Of a DNA stretch of 64,000 nt, positions 25,170 to 43,420 are shown in pieces. This DNA comes from Marsupella aquatica (taxonomy: Eukaryota > Plantae > Marchantiophyta), in assembly GCA_973895155.1 (NCBI GenBank), contig OZ316895.1, forward strand, positions 20,908,803 through 20,972,802, read 5' to 3'. The notes beneath the pieces were generated by a model. It saw only the letters and a list, made by a program, of their open reading frames with translations. It made no database searches and was not told the DNA's origin. The position numbers and the translations under genes are program-made. The first letter of the stretch is position 1. Every line of letters begins with the position of its first letter.

Positions 25170-28100
25170 AATACATTGTAAAGTCAGCCTCTACATCACA
25201 ACGTTCAGAAAATACATACATTTGCATCACAAAATGATTTTGAGAATTCATAAGCACTCTAAAATTTCTCTATTTAAATTATTTATTTATGCACAAGTCA
25301 AGATGGGAATTGTTGCTGACAATTATTTCTTAACTACATAAGTACTGCTAACTTCCTCCCTTCTCTAGCTAGTGACAAAATGATACATAGAAATATGAGG
25401 AAAACAATCGTTATACAAATTGGCCAATGTGTTCCTTTAGGTGGGGTCTTTGTCAAAAAGTCTTTGAATATCTTATGGCTATCCATAAGATCAGGAAAAA
25501 TCTATAAATCTGTATGACTTTCATAGTGTTTACAGACTCCCATGACAAGAACACTTTAAAGTCATGGTGTGCTTGCATCATATCAGGGGTTTCCAACACA
25601 AACAACAATGTGCCAGCTACCAACAAACAAGACCGTTCCTGTTTATAGTGAGGCAAGCAAAAACAGTTAGACCCATGAATCCATGCATGGTGACAATGTA
25701 AGAACCTTAATCATTAACATACCAAATATCAAAGATTGGGTGCAAACAAGTAACTATTGTAACTATTTTATTTACTTTTTGAATTACAATAAATTTTTAT
25801 TTCTATTTATTTCAAAAACAATATGGACTAATTCTAGTGCTTAGACCTGATTGATTGACACAGTAGCTCAGTCATTAGGTAACAAACAGTACAATAGACG
25901 ATATTGCACAACATTTACAAGAAAAGGTATATGTCGCTGTATTTCTTAGATCTATTCATGAGATCAAGTGTTGATACTAAATGGTGACTCTATGCACTTT
26001 CAACCTACATTACTCAAAGTTGATCACTTTCTTTTTGGGTTTTCTTGATGTAGTTTGCATCCTTAGTTACATCAAAAGAGTTTTTAGCTAAAATTTTGTC
26101 ATGGCAAGCCCGTTTGGGCTCAGACTTTTTATGCTCCCTAGCTTGGGGCCTGCTTAATATGTAAATCTGCATAAAATGGATATACCAAATCTTTCAGATT
26201 ACCCTCATCAAACCAATCAGATGAAAGAGATTTGAAGAGAAACTAAAAAGAAAGAGTGAGCTAGGATTTGGGGATGAAAGAAAGAAAGAACACGGGTGGA
26301 AGATTAGGGTCGCAAGTAGGGGGAAAGAATTTAGGGTGGCAAGTTTTCTTTTAGTTGAGTTTTTGCTGAGTTGTAACCATTAATCAGTTTCCACTTTTGT
26401 TAAGCCCTAGTCTAGGGTCAGTCACTAATTATTGAATTGTGGTATGTTCATTGAGTAAATGGATTGAAGTCAAGCAGTGAGGCACCATAGGGTTTTTAGC
26501 ATGAAAATCCAGCAAGGGCAGGCAGTCATTCATTCAATCTTCATTTGTCACATTACTTTAAGGTTTTGGAAGGGTTATTCAGTATGGACCCCAATGGGAT
26601 CTCTTCCCAAAATTCTTGGATGTACATGCAACCACATCAGCTTGATTGGTCACAAGCAAGGAAGGTTAGTTATGCAAAAAGATTGGTCCCAAGCAAGTAA
26701 GGTTAGTTATGCAAAAAGAACCAAAATTGTTAGTGTTTGAGGCAAGGCAAAGAAAAACAGTTAGGTACCGTAATTGTCAAAACAATGAAAAAATGAAAAG
26801 CAACAGTTCAAATAAAGAAAGAAATGGGTAAAGGGTGAAAGAAAATAACCATTGGATTGTTTGTGATTGATATATCAGTGTTTCCTGGTAATCTGTTTGA
26901 ATGTTTTATTTAATCTACACAATTTTGAAATAACCATGGGTAGAAAGAAACTCTTCAGCTACTGCAACATTTATTAAGGTAATGTAAGAAACCCAAGAAA
27001 CACTTCAACTTTTGTAACATTTACCAACATAACATAAGCAATTCTTTGGCTACTATGGATAGAGGAGTAACAAGTCAATCAAGAAACACTATAACAACTA
27101 TGGACACTGGAATACCAAGGGACTCTAAGACCCTTTAACTATTATGGACAAAACAATATTTGGCATGAATTGTATGGAATGTTCCATAGTATAGATATCG
27201 AGGTACCAAGTGAACGTTTTGCATGGAGTATTATCACGAATATACTCCTATTTGTTTTCAAGAAACTGAACGGTGTCCTTACAGCCTCTAAAACTCATCT
27301 CATTTAGAATCCTCCATTTAATCTTTGCCCTCTCATTATAGCATCTTGGAACATGTCTCTTTTTTTGTCTTGTAGTGATATGTAATTCATTCAAGTATGT
27401 ACATGTAAAATATATGCACATAAAATCACATTATGACAAAGAAAATACAAAGATACTAAAGAGTTCAGTTGCGCACATACAGATTTTCACTTGCTTCTAG
27501 GTAATGACATTCAACTCAATTAAAACCATAAATTTTGCAAAGTAAACCATGAGGGGAACTTAGTACATTACCCCTACTTGCAACCCTAACCTTCCACCCC
27601 TTTTCTTTCTTTCACAATGTGCACATCTGGTGTACTAAGTTCCAGAGTAGGGGAACCAGATGTGCACATTGTTCAGATTCATTTCTTACACTCTCATGAG
27701 AAAGGCAATTCACTAAGGAGCGATTGAAAATGAAAGATTAAACCTTTATGAGGGGAGCCAAATACATTCAAAATAAGCTAAGTTCCCTAAAATTAAGAGG
27801 GGTCCTAAAGCTAATTAAAAATCAAATTAATACAAATGATTTACCTTGTTAAGGCACATTAAATTCAAAATACTTGACACAAAATATGAATGAGACAAAA
27901 TAGCAGCCTCAAAAAAACCTCCATTTAGTCTTTGCCCTCTCATCTATCTATTTCCACATGCAACTCTTCATCGGTCACCAAGCTTACATAACCAAGGGAT
28001 CCTCAAGATAATTCTACTCGTTTGGGCACTTGTTGGCATGGTCAGAGAGTCTTTTTGTTTCATTATACCCAGAGTTGGAGAAGGGAAGATTTTAGCATTA

Positions 28101-28295
28101 TTTAGCCAATTAAAAATATTAGAATAACAAATACTACTATATTGTCTTTGTGGCTTATGCAACAAATATATTATCATCAAAATTCTGTACCTAACTAGCA
28201 AATGTTTTAGAGTGCTTATGAAAAATCAAAGTTATTTCTGATGCTATTTGAGAACATTACAATCATTTTGATGTAACATTGACTCTGCAATGTAT
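25170..28295. mobile_element. Decayed non-autonomous element(s) with nested inverted repeats
   Basis: Perfect 18-bp inversion ttcataagcactctaaaa (25247-25264) / ttttagagtgcttatgaa (28205-28222) within longer degenerate arms. A second inverted pair lies at 26275-26322 / 27571-27614. Confidence 0.5.
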
Positions 28296-31200
28296 GCATT
28301 ATTTTTAGAATTAAAAAGTAACAAAAACATATATTTGTCATGAAAAGTATTGAAGCATACATAATTAGGGGGTCCATAAACTAATTGAAATCAGTAAACT
28401 TTAGGTGGTCCTACATATTTCTGATCATATATCCTGGAAGGATTCCCTCATAAACGGATTTGGTCATCCGTTCCCTTTGTCCCTCATGGGCGTTTGACGT
28501 GGCATGAAAGTCATTTTTCGAACATATTCTTACATGCTTAATACAACCCACTAGTGGGAATGGACAGATCTCACACTTGCCTTTTGCACATGTAAATTTT
28601 GACGCGAGTGGAGAGGATGTTTAAATGAGCACTTAGGGTAACTAAGTTTGAATAACGGCGGAGATGTGGTATAACGAACTTCATTTGGCCTTTCTGGCTG
28701 TTTGTTGCTTTTTTTTTGAGAAATCAAGAAAAACACTGGTTCATGACAAACCGAGAGCCAGGAGCAAATGGTGGCCCATATCCCACGGTTTACACGGCAC
28801 ATTCTGCTGTTAGGCGCCTACTCTAGTTGTGCCTCCCCTGGATTCTCTCGTTTTGCCTTGTTTGAAATGCTTTAAAAGTGATGTAAACTAATTATGCCTC
28901 CTCTGCATAATAAGTGCAGACTCCCGAGAAGAATGCCAGACCGTGCATTTATCCACCATATGCAGAAGGCACTATTCAATCATCAGAAATGATTTATTCA
29001 TTACGCGAAACCTGGTTTATGCACTTCCCCATGGCGTTGTGACACAAAACAAATTCCCCTCACCTCGAGCCGTTGTAGTGCCCTATTCATTTGAGGAAGT
29101 GCATGAAACTAGGCTACATGATCATCCATTAAACTTGTAAATAAATGTTTCTTATGGCAAGGAGTCTCATATACATGCAGATACATGCATGTATACACTT
29201 ACGTAAGTGTCATTTAGTGATGATCAAGGTCCAATTGTGAAATTTTGAATGTTTTGGGTGCATTTGCAAAGAAAAAGAATTTTTGTAGGGGAGTGTATTA
29301 TGGACCTCCACTAATTTAAGCAATGCACTTATCCCAACTGCACGAATGCCCTATGGAGTATGGACTGTATTTCACTAGTGAGGCCGTGAGAGCCGCTCTG
29401 TCGAAATCAGCGCACAACGACGGGAAACTGGATTACAGGTGGCGAACCGGCCATGGCCCATTTACCCATTCATTATTACTAGACTACGGAACGGAAATCT
29501 GCCCGTCAAGTCCATCATGAATTACGGACAGGATTCTGACGGCGCCGTCATCATTCTTTCGGGAATGCCGTCCTGTCGAGAGGGCTTGAGCAACGTACAG
29601 GACTGTACCTACTGTGCGTACTGAAATACCGAATATCTCAATATCGGCAAAATTACGAGCAAATTCTTGACTCTTGTAGTAATAACTGCGTAGTGTTTAT
29701 TTTTGGATTTGGAAACACAAGAACGAATTCTCCCCATTCCCTGACTCCCCCGTGATGGAGGTGCTGTATAATTGGAGTATCGTCGTGGGTTCCATAGTGT
29801 CGTGGAAAGCTTCTACAGCCAGATGGGATTGGGCAAAATAAACCTGTGCCATGACTCACCTGGCAGCCAGTGTGAGCGCCTACTGTAGTTGATGATGAAA
29901 CACGATGATCTCGACGAAGGAACGGTCGGTGAGGCTCACCCACTTCACTGTCAATTTTCAGGCCCAAAGGTTGTCACCGATTATAGACAATTCTTGTAGT
30001 TCCTGGATACATAAATTTTGGCCTCACATATTAAAAAATGAAATATGCTAGCCAGCCACGGAACCGAAGCAGATGCTCTTAAAGGAACCTAATATCTGCC
30101 ATGGTTTTTTTTAACATCGGAGCAAAAACCTATAAGAGAAGGGCTATCCTTCTCCTGCCCTCATGCCCCCAAAACACATTGTCCTGTAAACTATCCCTGT
30201 CCGCTACTCTAGGCTTTTTACCGTAACTCATTATGTAGCATGATACATGTTTGACGAGAATTTAGAGGTTTAAACAAATATATTAACTCTTGGGAGGTTA
30301 ATTAGGGTTCCCACCAACACTATATAATTTTGCTTAAATTCCTTTTCTTATGAGTGAGCCTAATAATTGAAGTAGCAACACATGGAAAATGGATATGACA
30401 CACACATACACACACAGTTCTTGCTTTTCACAAACACAAGAACAACCAACTTGGGTTGGATAGCAATCGACAAATTGAAGGGAGAAATTTTATAGTAAAG
30501 AATTGTTGAAAGTGGGAAGGTAGTAGCTGAATTATGATGTAAAGGGTGTAAGGGTACATTGCGGTAGTGGGGTTCATGAGGCTCTCTCCATTCAGGCATC
30601 CTTTTCCTAGTTTTTAGAATGATTTGTTGGAGAGGACAGAAAACAAATTCATAATAGTTTCAAATTGAAATTGAAGCATGGACGGACCTTCGTGTTTGCC
30701 AAAATGCAGAAAAGTACTTAACCATCCCTCTCTAGCATCTTGTGGACTTCATTCACCACAAAGATAGATTGATTTCTTGACTAGACCCCTGGACAGCAGG
30801 CCATCCAAAATCCAAAATTGGTTACTGTAACTCCGTAGTAATCCAGAAAATGCACAGTCCTGCAGAAGTTGTAGTTGGGTTTACCGCCGCTGCACAGGGC
30901 GCCACATGACTTGGGCACCATGCAACCTATCAATGTCAATTTTTGATAAACCCCAACATTTTATTGGATGACTAAACACTTTTTGCTTCAACTGAAAATT
31001 GTGTGATGTGATTTCTAATTTCAACCTACCTACTGAAAAAGTTGGGACATTTTGGACATGACATTATGGACATAACACTCAATCTTGTGTCCTCGGAAAA
31101 TCTGTGCTTGGGAACTTTCCTTAAGTTACTTGTCTTGCACAAGCATAGTACTTTTACACTTCCTTAGAATCTAATAACTAGTGTTAGTCACACTAGTTTT

Positions 31201-33230
31201 GTCATGACAGTATTTTTGTGTTTCATGGTGTCAAGAGTGGGAAAGTAGAGTAAACAAACTATTTTGAAGATTACACAAGAATTAGCGTTACTTTGGACTC
31301 AAGATCACCCATTTTTACTAGCAATGTTTACTCAAATCACTTTTACCGAACTAAGTATTAGTGATGCTAATTCTTGCATAACACTAGCTACTTATGGTGA
31401 AATTTGTAGCTTCCTTTTAGTTCTAACTTTGCTTTAGGTACCTAAATGATGCTAGACTGGCCTGGCCAAAATACTTGGATAGATTTTTGCAACCTGGATG
31501 GATTGCCACCAAACTGTATTTTTATGCTCACACAATACATATTACACACAAGAGTAAAGTAGTCATCTTTGAAAACTTATAGGTTTTTCACTGAAAATGG
31601 CTATTAATATTGAGTTCATTGGAAAAACAATTCTAGGTAGCTTCTAGCAGAGAAGAGTCAATTTCATTAATATGAAGAGCAATATTGAAGGTCAAACAAA
31701 GAGGGTGGCAATGAACTAAGGATCCCTAGGATCATCATGATTTTATAGCCTTTTACTAAGTGGTCCCCCAAACTACCTGATATTTCTAACATTCTTCCCC
31801 AAAAAAAATTATCCATCACAATTTTAATTTTCACTTTAGACTGTTTTTTGAGATCCTGACTCAATTTCTGAAGAGAACATGACATAAGTAATGTTATTTT
31901 GATTTATTTACTGACCCCCATGGGAAGTTCCTTCCAAAAATCCTGGATGCACGTGCAAGCACATCAGCATAATTTGTCACAAACAAGAACCCTTAGTTAT
32001 GCAAGCAAATTTGACTATTCGTGTTTGAGTCAAGACAAAGAAAAACAATCAGACCATGCAACAATAAAAACAATAGAAAACTGAAAAGTACATTGAGTAA
32101 CCTTAAACCCTAAGGAGTCTTTAGCTTAATATGAGTCACCATATCAGCAATGTGGGGCATGTATGGTAGCACTTTGATTTATGAAGGCTGCTATGTCCTG
32201 TTGGAAGATGACAAGTTTTGAGCTTAGGGCCAAAGTGTCCAAAGAGCTAGACAGAGTAGAGAGGAGCATAGAGTGATGGCACAGAAGCGGAATGGCGTAA
32301 ACCATCAACGTTGGCTAGTTTGATCACGGCGATAAATTTTCAATTTTTTTATACAAGTGGATGATGAGGTGTATCAAGTATGGGAAGTTGCCGGATCTCA
32401 AATGTTTGGCATAAATGGGCAGGATCGCGGAGTTTCATGAGCAAGTTAGTGATCAAGAGAGAAATTGTAACCCTTGCCATGAATGAATGTTGGGCAATAA
32501 AAGTAATGGAAAACAAAAGCAAAGGAACTAGACAGATGTTAGGGTTTCATAGAATGATAACGAGTTCAACATATTGACAGAAAGGAGAAGAGACCAGCGA
32601 AGCTACTAGTGGGGGGAAGATGGAGAAAATATTATTTAGAATATCTTCCAGAGTTTATCAAAGGTCTCTCTAGTGAACATTTTTTCTGGAGAGGCAACTT
32701 GAGAAACTATTGAAACATTGGCAGATAGGTGTTTTCAAATATATAATGAGAATATGCCTGGATATTCATGGAATTTTTTTTTCTTGGTTTGAAATTGGGA
32801 GGTTACAATTTTGAAAAACTGACCATTTGACAAGATCTCACCATTTGACAAGATGACCAGTCTCAAAACAAAAACTTGACTCAAGACAGTCCCTCCAAAT
32901 ATCATCAAGCCTTGATGTCCAAAAGCTCAACTCAACATCATTGATCCTTGAATGGGCATCAATGATTCTCAAATGGCGCTGACATATTTTTGGGTGGAGC
33001 AAGTTTTTGCACCGGGGCACTATCCACCCAAGTTAGTAACGGCCAAGGTTTTTGGGGAACCACAAGATTATTGGTCCACGACCTGGGCGGCAACAGATTG
33101 TTCATGGGAAACCTCCGGGAAACAATTTGTTAATTTGAGACACCCTACTTTATCCTATTCCCTCAATAAATTAATCTCCGGGAAAACAACTGGTTTGAGA
33201 CGCACTACTATATCCTCTTCTCCCACAAAA

Positions 33231-33520
33231 TTTAGTGTCAAATTCTTGACTCAAGAAAGCAAAGGAGTGCTTTACTGTTTATACATAACACACTAGTGTG
33301 GAATTGACTCAGGAAAGCAAAAGAGTGATGTACTGTTTATATATACATAGTGCCAAAGGGGAGAAACTTAGTGTGGAATTGACTCAGGAAAGCAAAAGAG
33401 TGATGTACTGTTTATATATACATAGTGCCAAAGGGGAGAAACTTAGTGTGGAATTCTTGACTCAAGAAAGCAAAAGAGTGCTGTACTGTTTATATATACA
33501 TAGTGCCAAAGGGGAAAAAC
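33231..33520 (+). repeat. ~75-bp tandem repeat (4 copies) upstream of TPI
   Basis: Unit tagtgtggaattgactcaggaaagcaaaagagtgatgtactgtttatatatacatagtgccaaaggggagaaact. TGACTCA at 33247, 33305, 33380 and 33458. Confidence 0.92.
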
Positions 33521-33534
33521 TCCTAACCAGGAAA

Positions 33535-33680
33535 CATGGTCCCAAAGGCAAAGCAGCCCAATGAAGGGGAAAGGAGAGAAAGAGCCCTCTTACTAAAGAG
33601 AAAGAGAGAGGGAAGCCATGGTCCCAAAGGCAAAGGGCCCAATGAAGGGGAAAGGAGAGAAAGGGCCCTCTTATACTCTA
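33535..33680 (+). repeat. Two-copy ~82-bp direct repeat
   Basis: catggtcccaaaggcaaag...cccaatgaaggggaaaggagagaaag..ccctctta x2. Confidence 0.85.
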
Positions 33681-34026
33681 GAGAGGGAGAGAGCGAGAGA
33701 AGATCTGACGTGGCGGTGGTTTGAGGTGGGGAACCAGAAAAAGCGAGAGTCGTAAGCTCAGTCGAAGAGCAGATTCCGATATCCCTTTTGGTCTAATCTG
33801 CAGGGCGAGAGAAGGATTCGGCATAAGAGAGGGCAGATCCAGTTCTGATTTGAGAGGACGAGATAGATCGGCACCAATCCTCGTCTCAGCGGTCTCTGGC
33901 CGTGTTCTGGGTCTGGTTGGGTGGTTGTCGGTGGTCTCCCACAGGTTTGGGAACGCATTGTTTGGTAGTCAGGCATAGGGAAGGAGTAAAAGGGATCAAT
34001 AAGGTTGGGACAGGACAGAGCCAGCC

Positions 34027-38627
<4,601 letters not shown>

Positions 38628-39679
38628 AAATGGCCCATCACCTTCGAGAACGGACTTACAACCATTGACGAAAAGAAAAGCTGAGATATCTGTTAACCTG
38701 GTCCAACAAAAGGTGTTACAATAGTCCATTGCGATGAGGTTGCTAGCTTGATCAGGAATAAAGTGGGAATCTCTCTTGGGACTTGAGGCTGACGAAGTCT
38801 TTGCACTAAGCATCGACCTTTCAACTACATCATCCTGAGTTTCTGTATTTTTACGTAATCATTCTCAAGGCTCTGTCCAAACCCGAAGTGCATTTTTCAG
38901 CATCTCTACCCTTGCCGTTGTACTGCCCACAATCTGGATAGTGACCACAAGGTCATATCCAGATTGTAATGGCACGAAGTTGTTTTATGTGAATGTTAAA
39001 TGACTCCATTTTGGTTTCTTTCATCTCGATGTTTAGTCTACGTGCAGCAGTCTGTGGAGTGACTCGAGTGGAGTTCTTAGTGAACCCAACCTGAGCTTTG
39101 GTGAGTGAAGAGCTTTTAAGGGGAATCGTTGTGCTTGTTTGGGCTTAATTCAACATGCTTTTCTGAGTTTCATCCTCTATATTTACTTATACGGTTAAGG
39201 GCAGCATTATGGTCGATCCGCTTATGCGGGAAGACAGTAGAGGGGAGACTGAATGTCACTCAAATGGATGAGATAACTCTAATGACTTCAAACTAATTAG
39301 ACACCTTTAAATGAATATTTGTGTGGGGCCTGTCATCTGCCAGAACATTTTGGTAGCCCTGGTTCATACAGGTCCGTCATAATTTATTATAATTTTATCA
39401 TTTCATGAAATAGCTCAAGGCCAGAATGTCTTTCTCCTATTTCATTTTTCCAAACTTAAAAACCATGTATACATTGGAAATCAGTGTTTACATCAGGGTT
39501 CTTAGAAATTTTCCATATATGGAATATGTATCCAGGATCGTACAAGTACCCATAATAAGGGGGAAGTGTCCAAGACTTCTCCCTTTTTCTGCATGGAGTG
39601 AAGTGAATTGAATGCTCCATGATTCCAGGAAAAAAATCTAGTGCAATTTGGTGTAACCTGTAGCTTATGAAGGGGCAAA

Positions 39680-40035
39680 TCAATGGAGTAAAAGCACAAG
39701 AGAGGTACAAACTCAAAAGAATAGGGCAAATGCTGCCCCACGAACCTAGAAAGAGGCAAAACTAAGAGATAAAGGGACACCATTGCAAGTGGGAGGCAAG
39801 AATGAGAGATAAAGATACACCACTGCAAGTGGGAGGCAAATTTTGAAATGGCTAATCGAGGGAGTAATAGCAAAAGAGAGGTGCAAACACCAAACTCAAA
39901 AGAATAGGGTAAATGCAGACCACACAAACCTAGAAAAGGCAAAACTAAGAGATAAAGAGGCACCGTTGCAGATGGGAGGCAAAAATTAGAGATAAAGATA
40001 CACCACTGCAAGTGGGAGGCAAAAATGAGAAATAA
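39680..40035 (+). repeat. Degenerate tandem/dispersed repeat (cacca(c/t)tgcaagtgggaggcaa units)
   Basis: Five cac..tgca.gtggga motifs and two aaagaatagg...cctagaaa..ggcaaaactaagagataaag blocks. caatggagtaaaagca recurs at 49051. Confidence 0.8.
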
Positions 40036-40073
40036 AGATACACTATTGCAAGTGGGACGTGGACGTACTCAAA

Positions 40074-40253
40074 GGGGGCAAGCCTCCACCTCTCTACTTG
40101 CAAGAGCTTCTAACAAGCCCAATAAGAGAAAATTCAGTCAGATATCCAGGGAGGTATTGATACTCTAAGGGGGCAAGCCTCTACCTCTCTACTTGGAAGA
40201 GCTTCTAACAAGTCCAATAAGACAAAATTAGGTCAGATATCAAGGGAGGTATT
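40074..40253 (+). repeat. Two-copy ~95-bp tandem repeat
   Basis: ggggcaagcctc.acctctctacttg.aagagcttctaacaag.ccaataaga.aaaatt..gtcagatatc.agggaggtatt x2. Confidence 0.9.
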
Positions 40254-41828
40254 ACCGGTCAAACTTTGCTGTAAAAAGTGTTTTCAGAACAAAAAATGTT
40301 GTAACTAGTGAAGGTTCATGGGTACTGTCCATGGGAGCAATATTATTTTTCAAAACCAGATCAATGGAGAATGATGCTCGCTTGTTAGAGATGACTCTGT
40401 AGATTTGTTTTTGGGTAAAGTCCTGTTTGGAAGGCATTATGGGATATAATGCCCTGAAAATGAGACCTTCAGCTGGAGTTTGGAGGGGCTACTATTGCCC
40501 ATATTGCTCCATACACAGGACCTTATTACACTTGGCCTGAATTACTATTTTTCAACATTTGTAAATGTAAACTGAAACTTCTTGAAGAGGTGATCTAGAT
40601 CTTGAGGGGCGCATTATGCTCCCAGAATGCCCTGAAAAAATACAAAGGAAAAATCACCAATGGCACTAAATTTGGTTGTTGTGCCTTGGGGTATCTGCCC
40701 TGCTGCACTTGTTGGGTGCTTTTTAATTTTGATAGCCTTTCTGAGTCCCACCCTCTGTGAGGTTCCCCACCCAAAACAAAAACAAAAAACCAAAAAAGAA
40801 ACCAGAATAATGGAGATTGATTTACTCTTGCTGGAGATGACTCTCTAGATTTATTTTTTTGGTGGGGTGGGGGTTAAAGGGCCAGTTTACTAAAAGGGTC
40901 CAAACAAGGTACAATGTAGTAAAAGAGGTCCAGAGAGGACAAACACAAAATCGAAAAGAAAAGGGCAAATGCAAACCCAAAAACTAGAAAGGGAAAGAGG
41001 GGACAACCCCAAAACCAAGAAAGGGAAAGAGGGGGAGACGAAGAAAAGAAAGTGGGACATTGGACTCGATTTGGCTTTGCTTCAAGCTCAACTTTTGAGC
41101 TGGTGGAACTCCTGTTCACTAATCCTTGTCCATCGATCCATCCGGGCGTCGTTCATTCAATCATTCTTCTCACAAAATCTTGCTTGAAGTTCTCTCTAGA
41201 ATTTTCCATCGATCCATCTGGGCATCGTTCGTTCTTCGCTCAGAATTTCAGCTGAAGTTCTCTCCGGAATTTTGTATAGGGTTTGAAGACGCCAGGCGAT
41301 CGACCTTGAGGCTGTGCGGCATTGGAAAAAATGACATCTCCGTCTTCATGTGAAGCCCGCATTTCTTTCTCATCATGCAAAAGCGCGAAACATTGTGCTC
41401 CTTGAATGCGAGTTTTCTTGGCCTCGGCATCTTCGAATTTGAGTATTGCTCTGTGGTTAGTTCGAAACTGGATCGATGTGAAGGTGCTGGACCACATTGA
41501 AGCCTACATTGAAGCTGTTTCTTGGTCATTCAGAGATTTCATTGAGGCTTCTGGGCTCTGTTGGCATTCTCGTTTCTAACTTGGAGCACTCCAATTTCTC
41601 AGTGAAGACTTCTGGTCATTTGATCTTTTGGTGCGTAGGTCTCATTTGAGCTTTTGGTGATTACTTCTCATGTGACCTCCCATCGTGTCCGCATGAATCT
41701 AGCTTAGCGGGCGATAGGAAAAATCAGCAGAGTGGAGAGGGAGCGACATTCCGTGAAGAGGAAAGAATTGAAAGAAGGACGGGACGTTAGTGAGGGATCA
41801 TTGACAAGAGAGAGGGAAGGACGCATCA

Positions 41829-42086
41829 ATGGGGACGATGGCAGATCTTCGGGTGCAAAAGAAAGTGGAAGAAGCTCTCCGCAGCAAGATGAAGTCAAGG
41901 GCACTCAAGGAGTGTGACCACATGATTGCCAAGTTTGCTGAATGCGCGAAAGGACGTACTCTATCCGTAGTCTGGACTTGCCGGTCTCAGTCGAGAGAAC
42001 TCAATGAATGCCTGCACCAGTACACGAATGACCAAGTATTAGCTGAATTCAAGAAACAATACTTGGCAGAAAAAGACGGCGCCTAA
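41829..42086 (+). CDS. CMC1: COX assembly mitochondrial protein (twin CX9C), intronless CDS; start may be 41838
   Basis: VKKKVEEALRSKMK-like N-terminus, ECDHMIAKFAEC and TCRSQSRELNEC (two CX9C), GRTLSVVW typical of plant CMC1. Confidence 0.9.
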   Translation: MGTMADLRVQKKVEEALRSKMKSRALKECDHMIAKFAECAKGRTLSVVWTCRSQSRELNECLHQYTNDQVLAEFKKQYLAEKDGA

Positions 42087-43420
42087 GTTTTGTATTTGTT
42101 TAGCGCCTACGCTTGTCAGCTACGGTCATTTAGATCACGAGGTAGAATTCTCACTGCAGAATGCTTATGAGGAAGACCTCCACACGCGTTTATTGCGGGG
42201 AAGCACGAGGTCTCAAAATGCTGCTTTCCCGGATCCAATTGTCACAAGGCATTGACCTGTTTTTGTCTCAAAGGTTGGTGGTTAGGTCTCATTTTGACCT
42301 TCTTGTAATTCTTATTCCCAATTTGAAGGGAGAAATGGCCGACAGGAAGAGCCGGTAGGGGTTCTCTCCGCCTATATTGTTCTTAGGGATGCGAGAAGGC
42401 AGCACTTTAAGGGCACTTGCTTGACCAGAGTCATCTAGAATTTGCAGAAATGCTCAGTCTATGGAGTCAGCTTTTTCGACCAATGGGCAATGTTGCATTC
42501 ACGACTTGCACATTTTCTGGAAACATATCCACGAGTTCGCAGTCTAGGCAATGAACTTCCCAGCTACACATGTGTCTATTGCTGCAGAAACCGCAAAGGA
42601 AGGGGCCCATTGCCCGGTGTATGTTTCACGGTCTTCAGTGAAATAATAAGGGCGGAGGATATTTACTGCGTTTCCAGTTCACCTGCTTTTGATCTCTGGA
42701 GTAGTTGGATGCTTAGTAGTTTCGTGATGTTTGGCTGTTGACTCACGAAGTCACATTTGCAGAACATGTATGCAGTATTACAGTGCAAATTGCGGTCAGG
42801 TAGTCTGGAATCGAGCTTTATGGCAATGCCCAAGTTCATGCTGTTTTAGCAGCTGGTGGATATGAAGTGGAAGAATTGCTTGCAGACTATTGCACGGCTG
42901 TAACTGGAATAATCTTTTAGTGGAGAGTAGGGGATGAATTGTTGTTGGAGGAAATGAATCGTGGATTTAAAATCAGTGCAGTAGCGAATATGTTTTGGTG
43001 AGAGCCTCGCAGTCACCCAATTGTATTCGAACTCACTGACTTGATTAGGGATGCTCCACCAGAAAGCAGTTAAGCTCTTTAGTTTGTAAAGCCAACTGTG
43101 CTATTCTCCTCCAACAGTTATTATGTTCAGTACAGATTCTACGCATTAGATTTGTATCCTTGGAATGTCTACGTCTGCACATGTGGATAAAGTGGGAAAA
43201 GAGTTGTGAAAGGAGAACCAAAGTCTTGGCAGCCACAGAGCATTACAGATACAGCGATGGAGCAAAAGCTTCAATCATTCGCTAATTCAAAACCTCCAGG
43301 CTGTACAAGGCAAGAGGACGCATGGAATGGACTAAAAATCCAGAAGAGAGTCGTGCTGTCAACTCCCTGTCCATTTGCATCCCTTGATGCTAAAACATAC
43401 TCCTGTAATCATTTGTCTGC

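Noticed and set aside
42800-43010. Faint cullin-like peptide fragments (ELYGNA; DELLLEEMNR)
   Set aside because: Too short and interrupted to support without a search.
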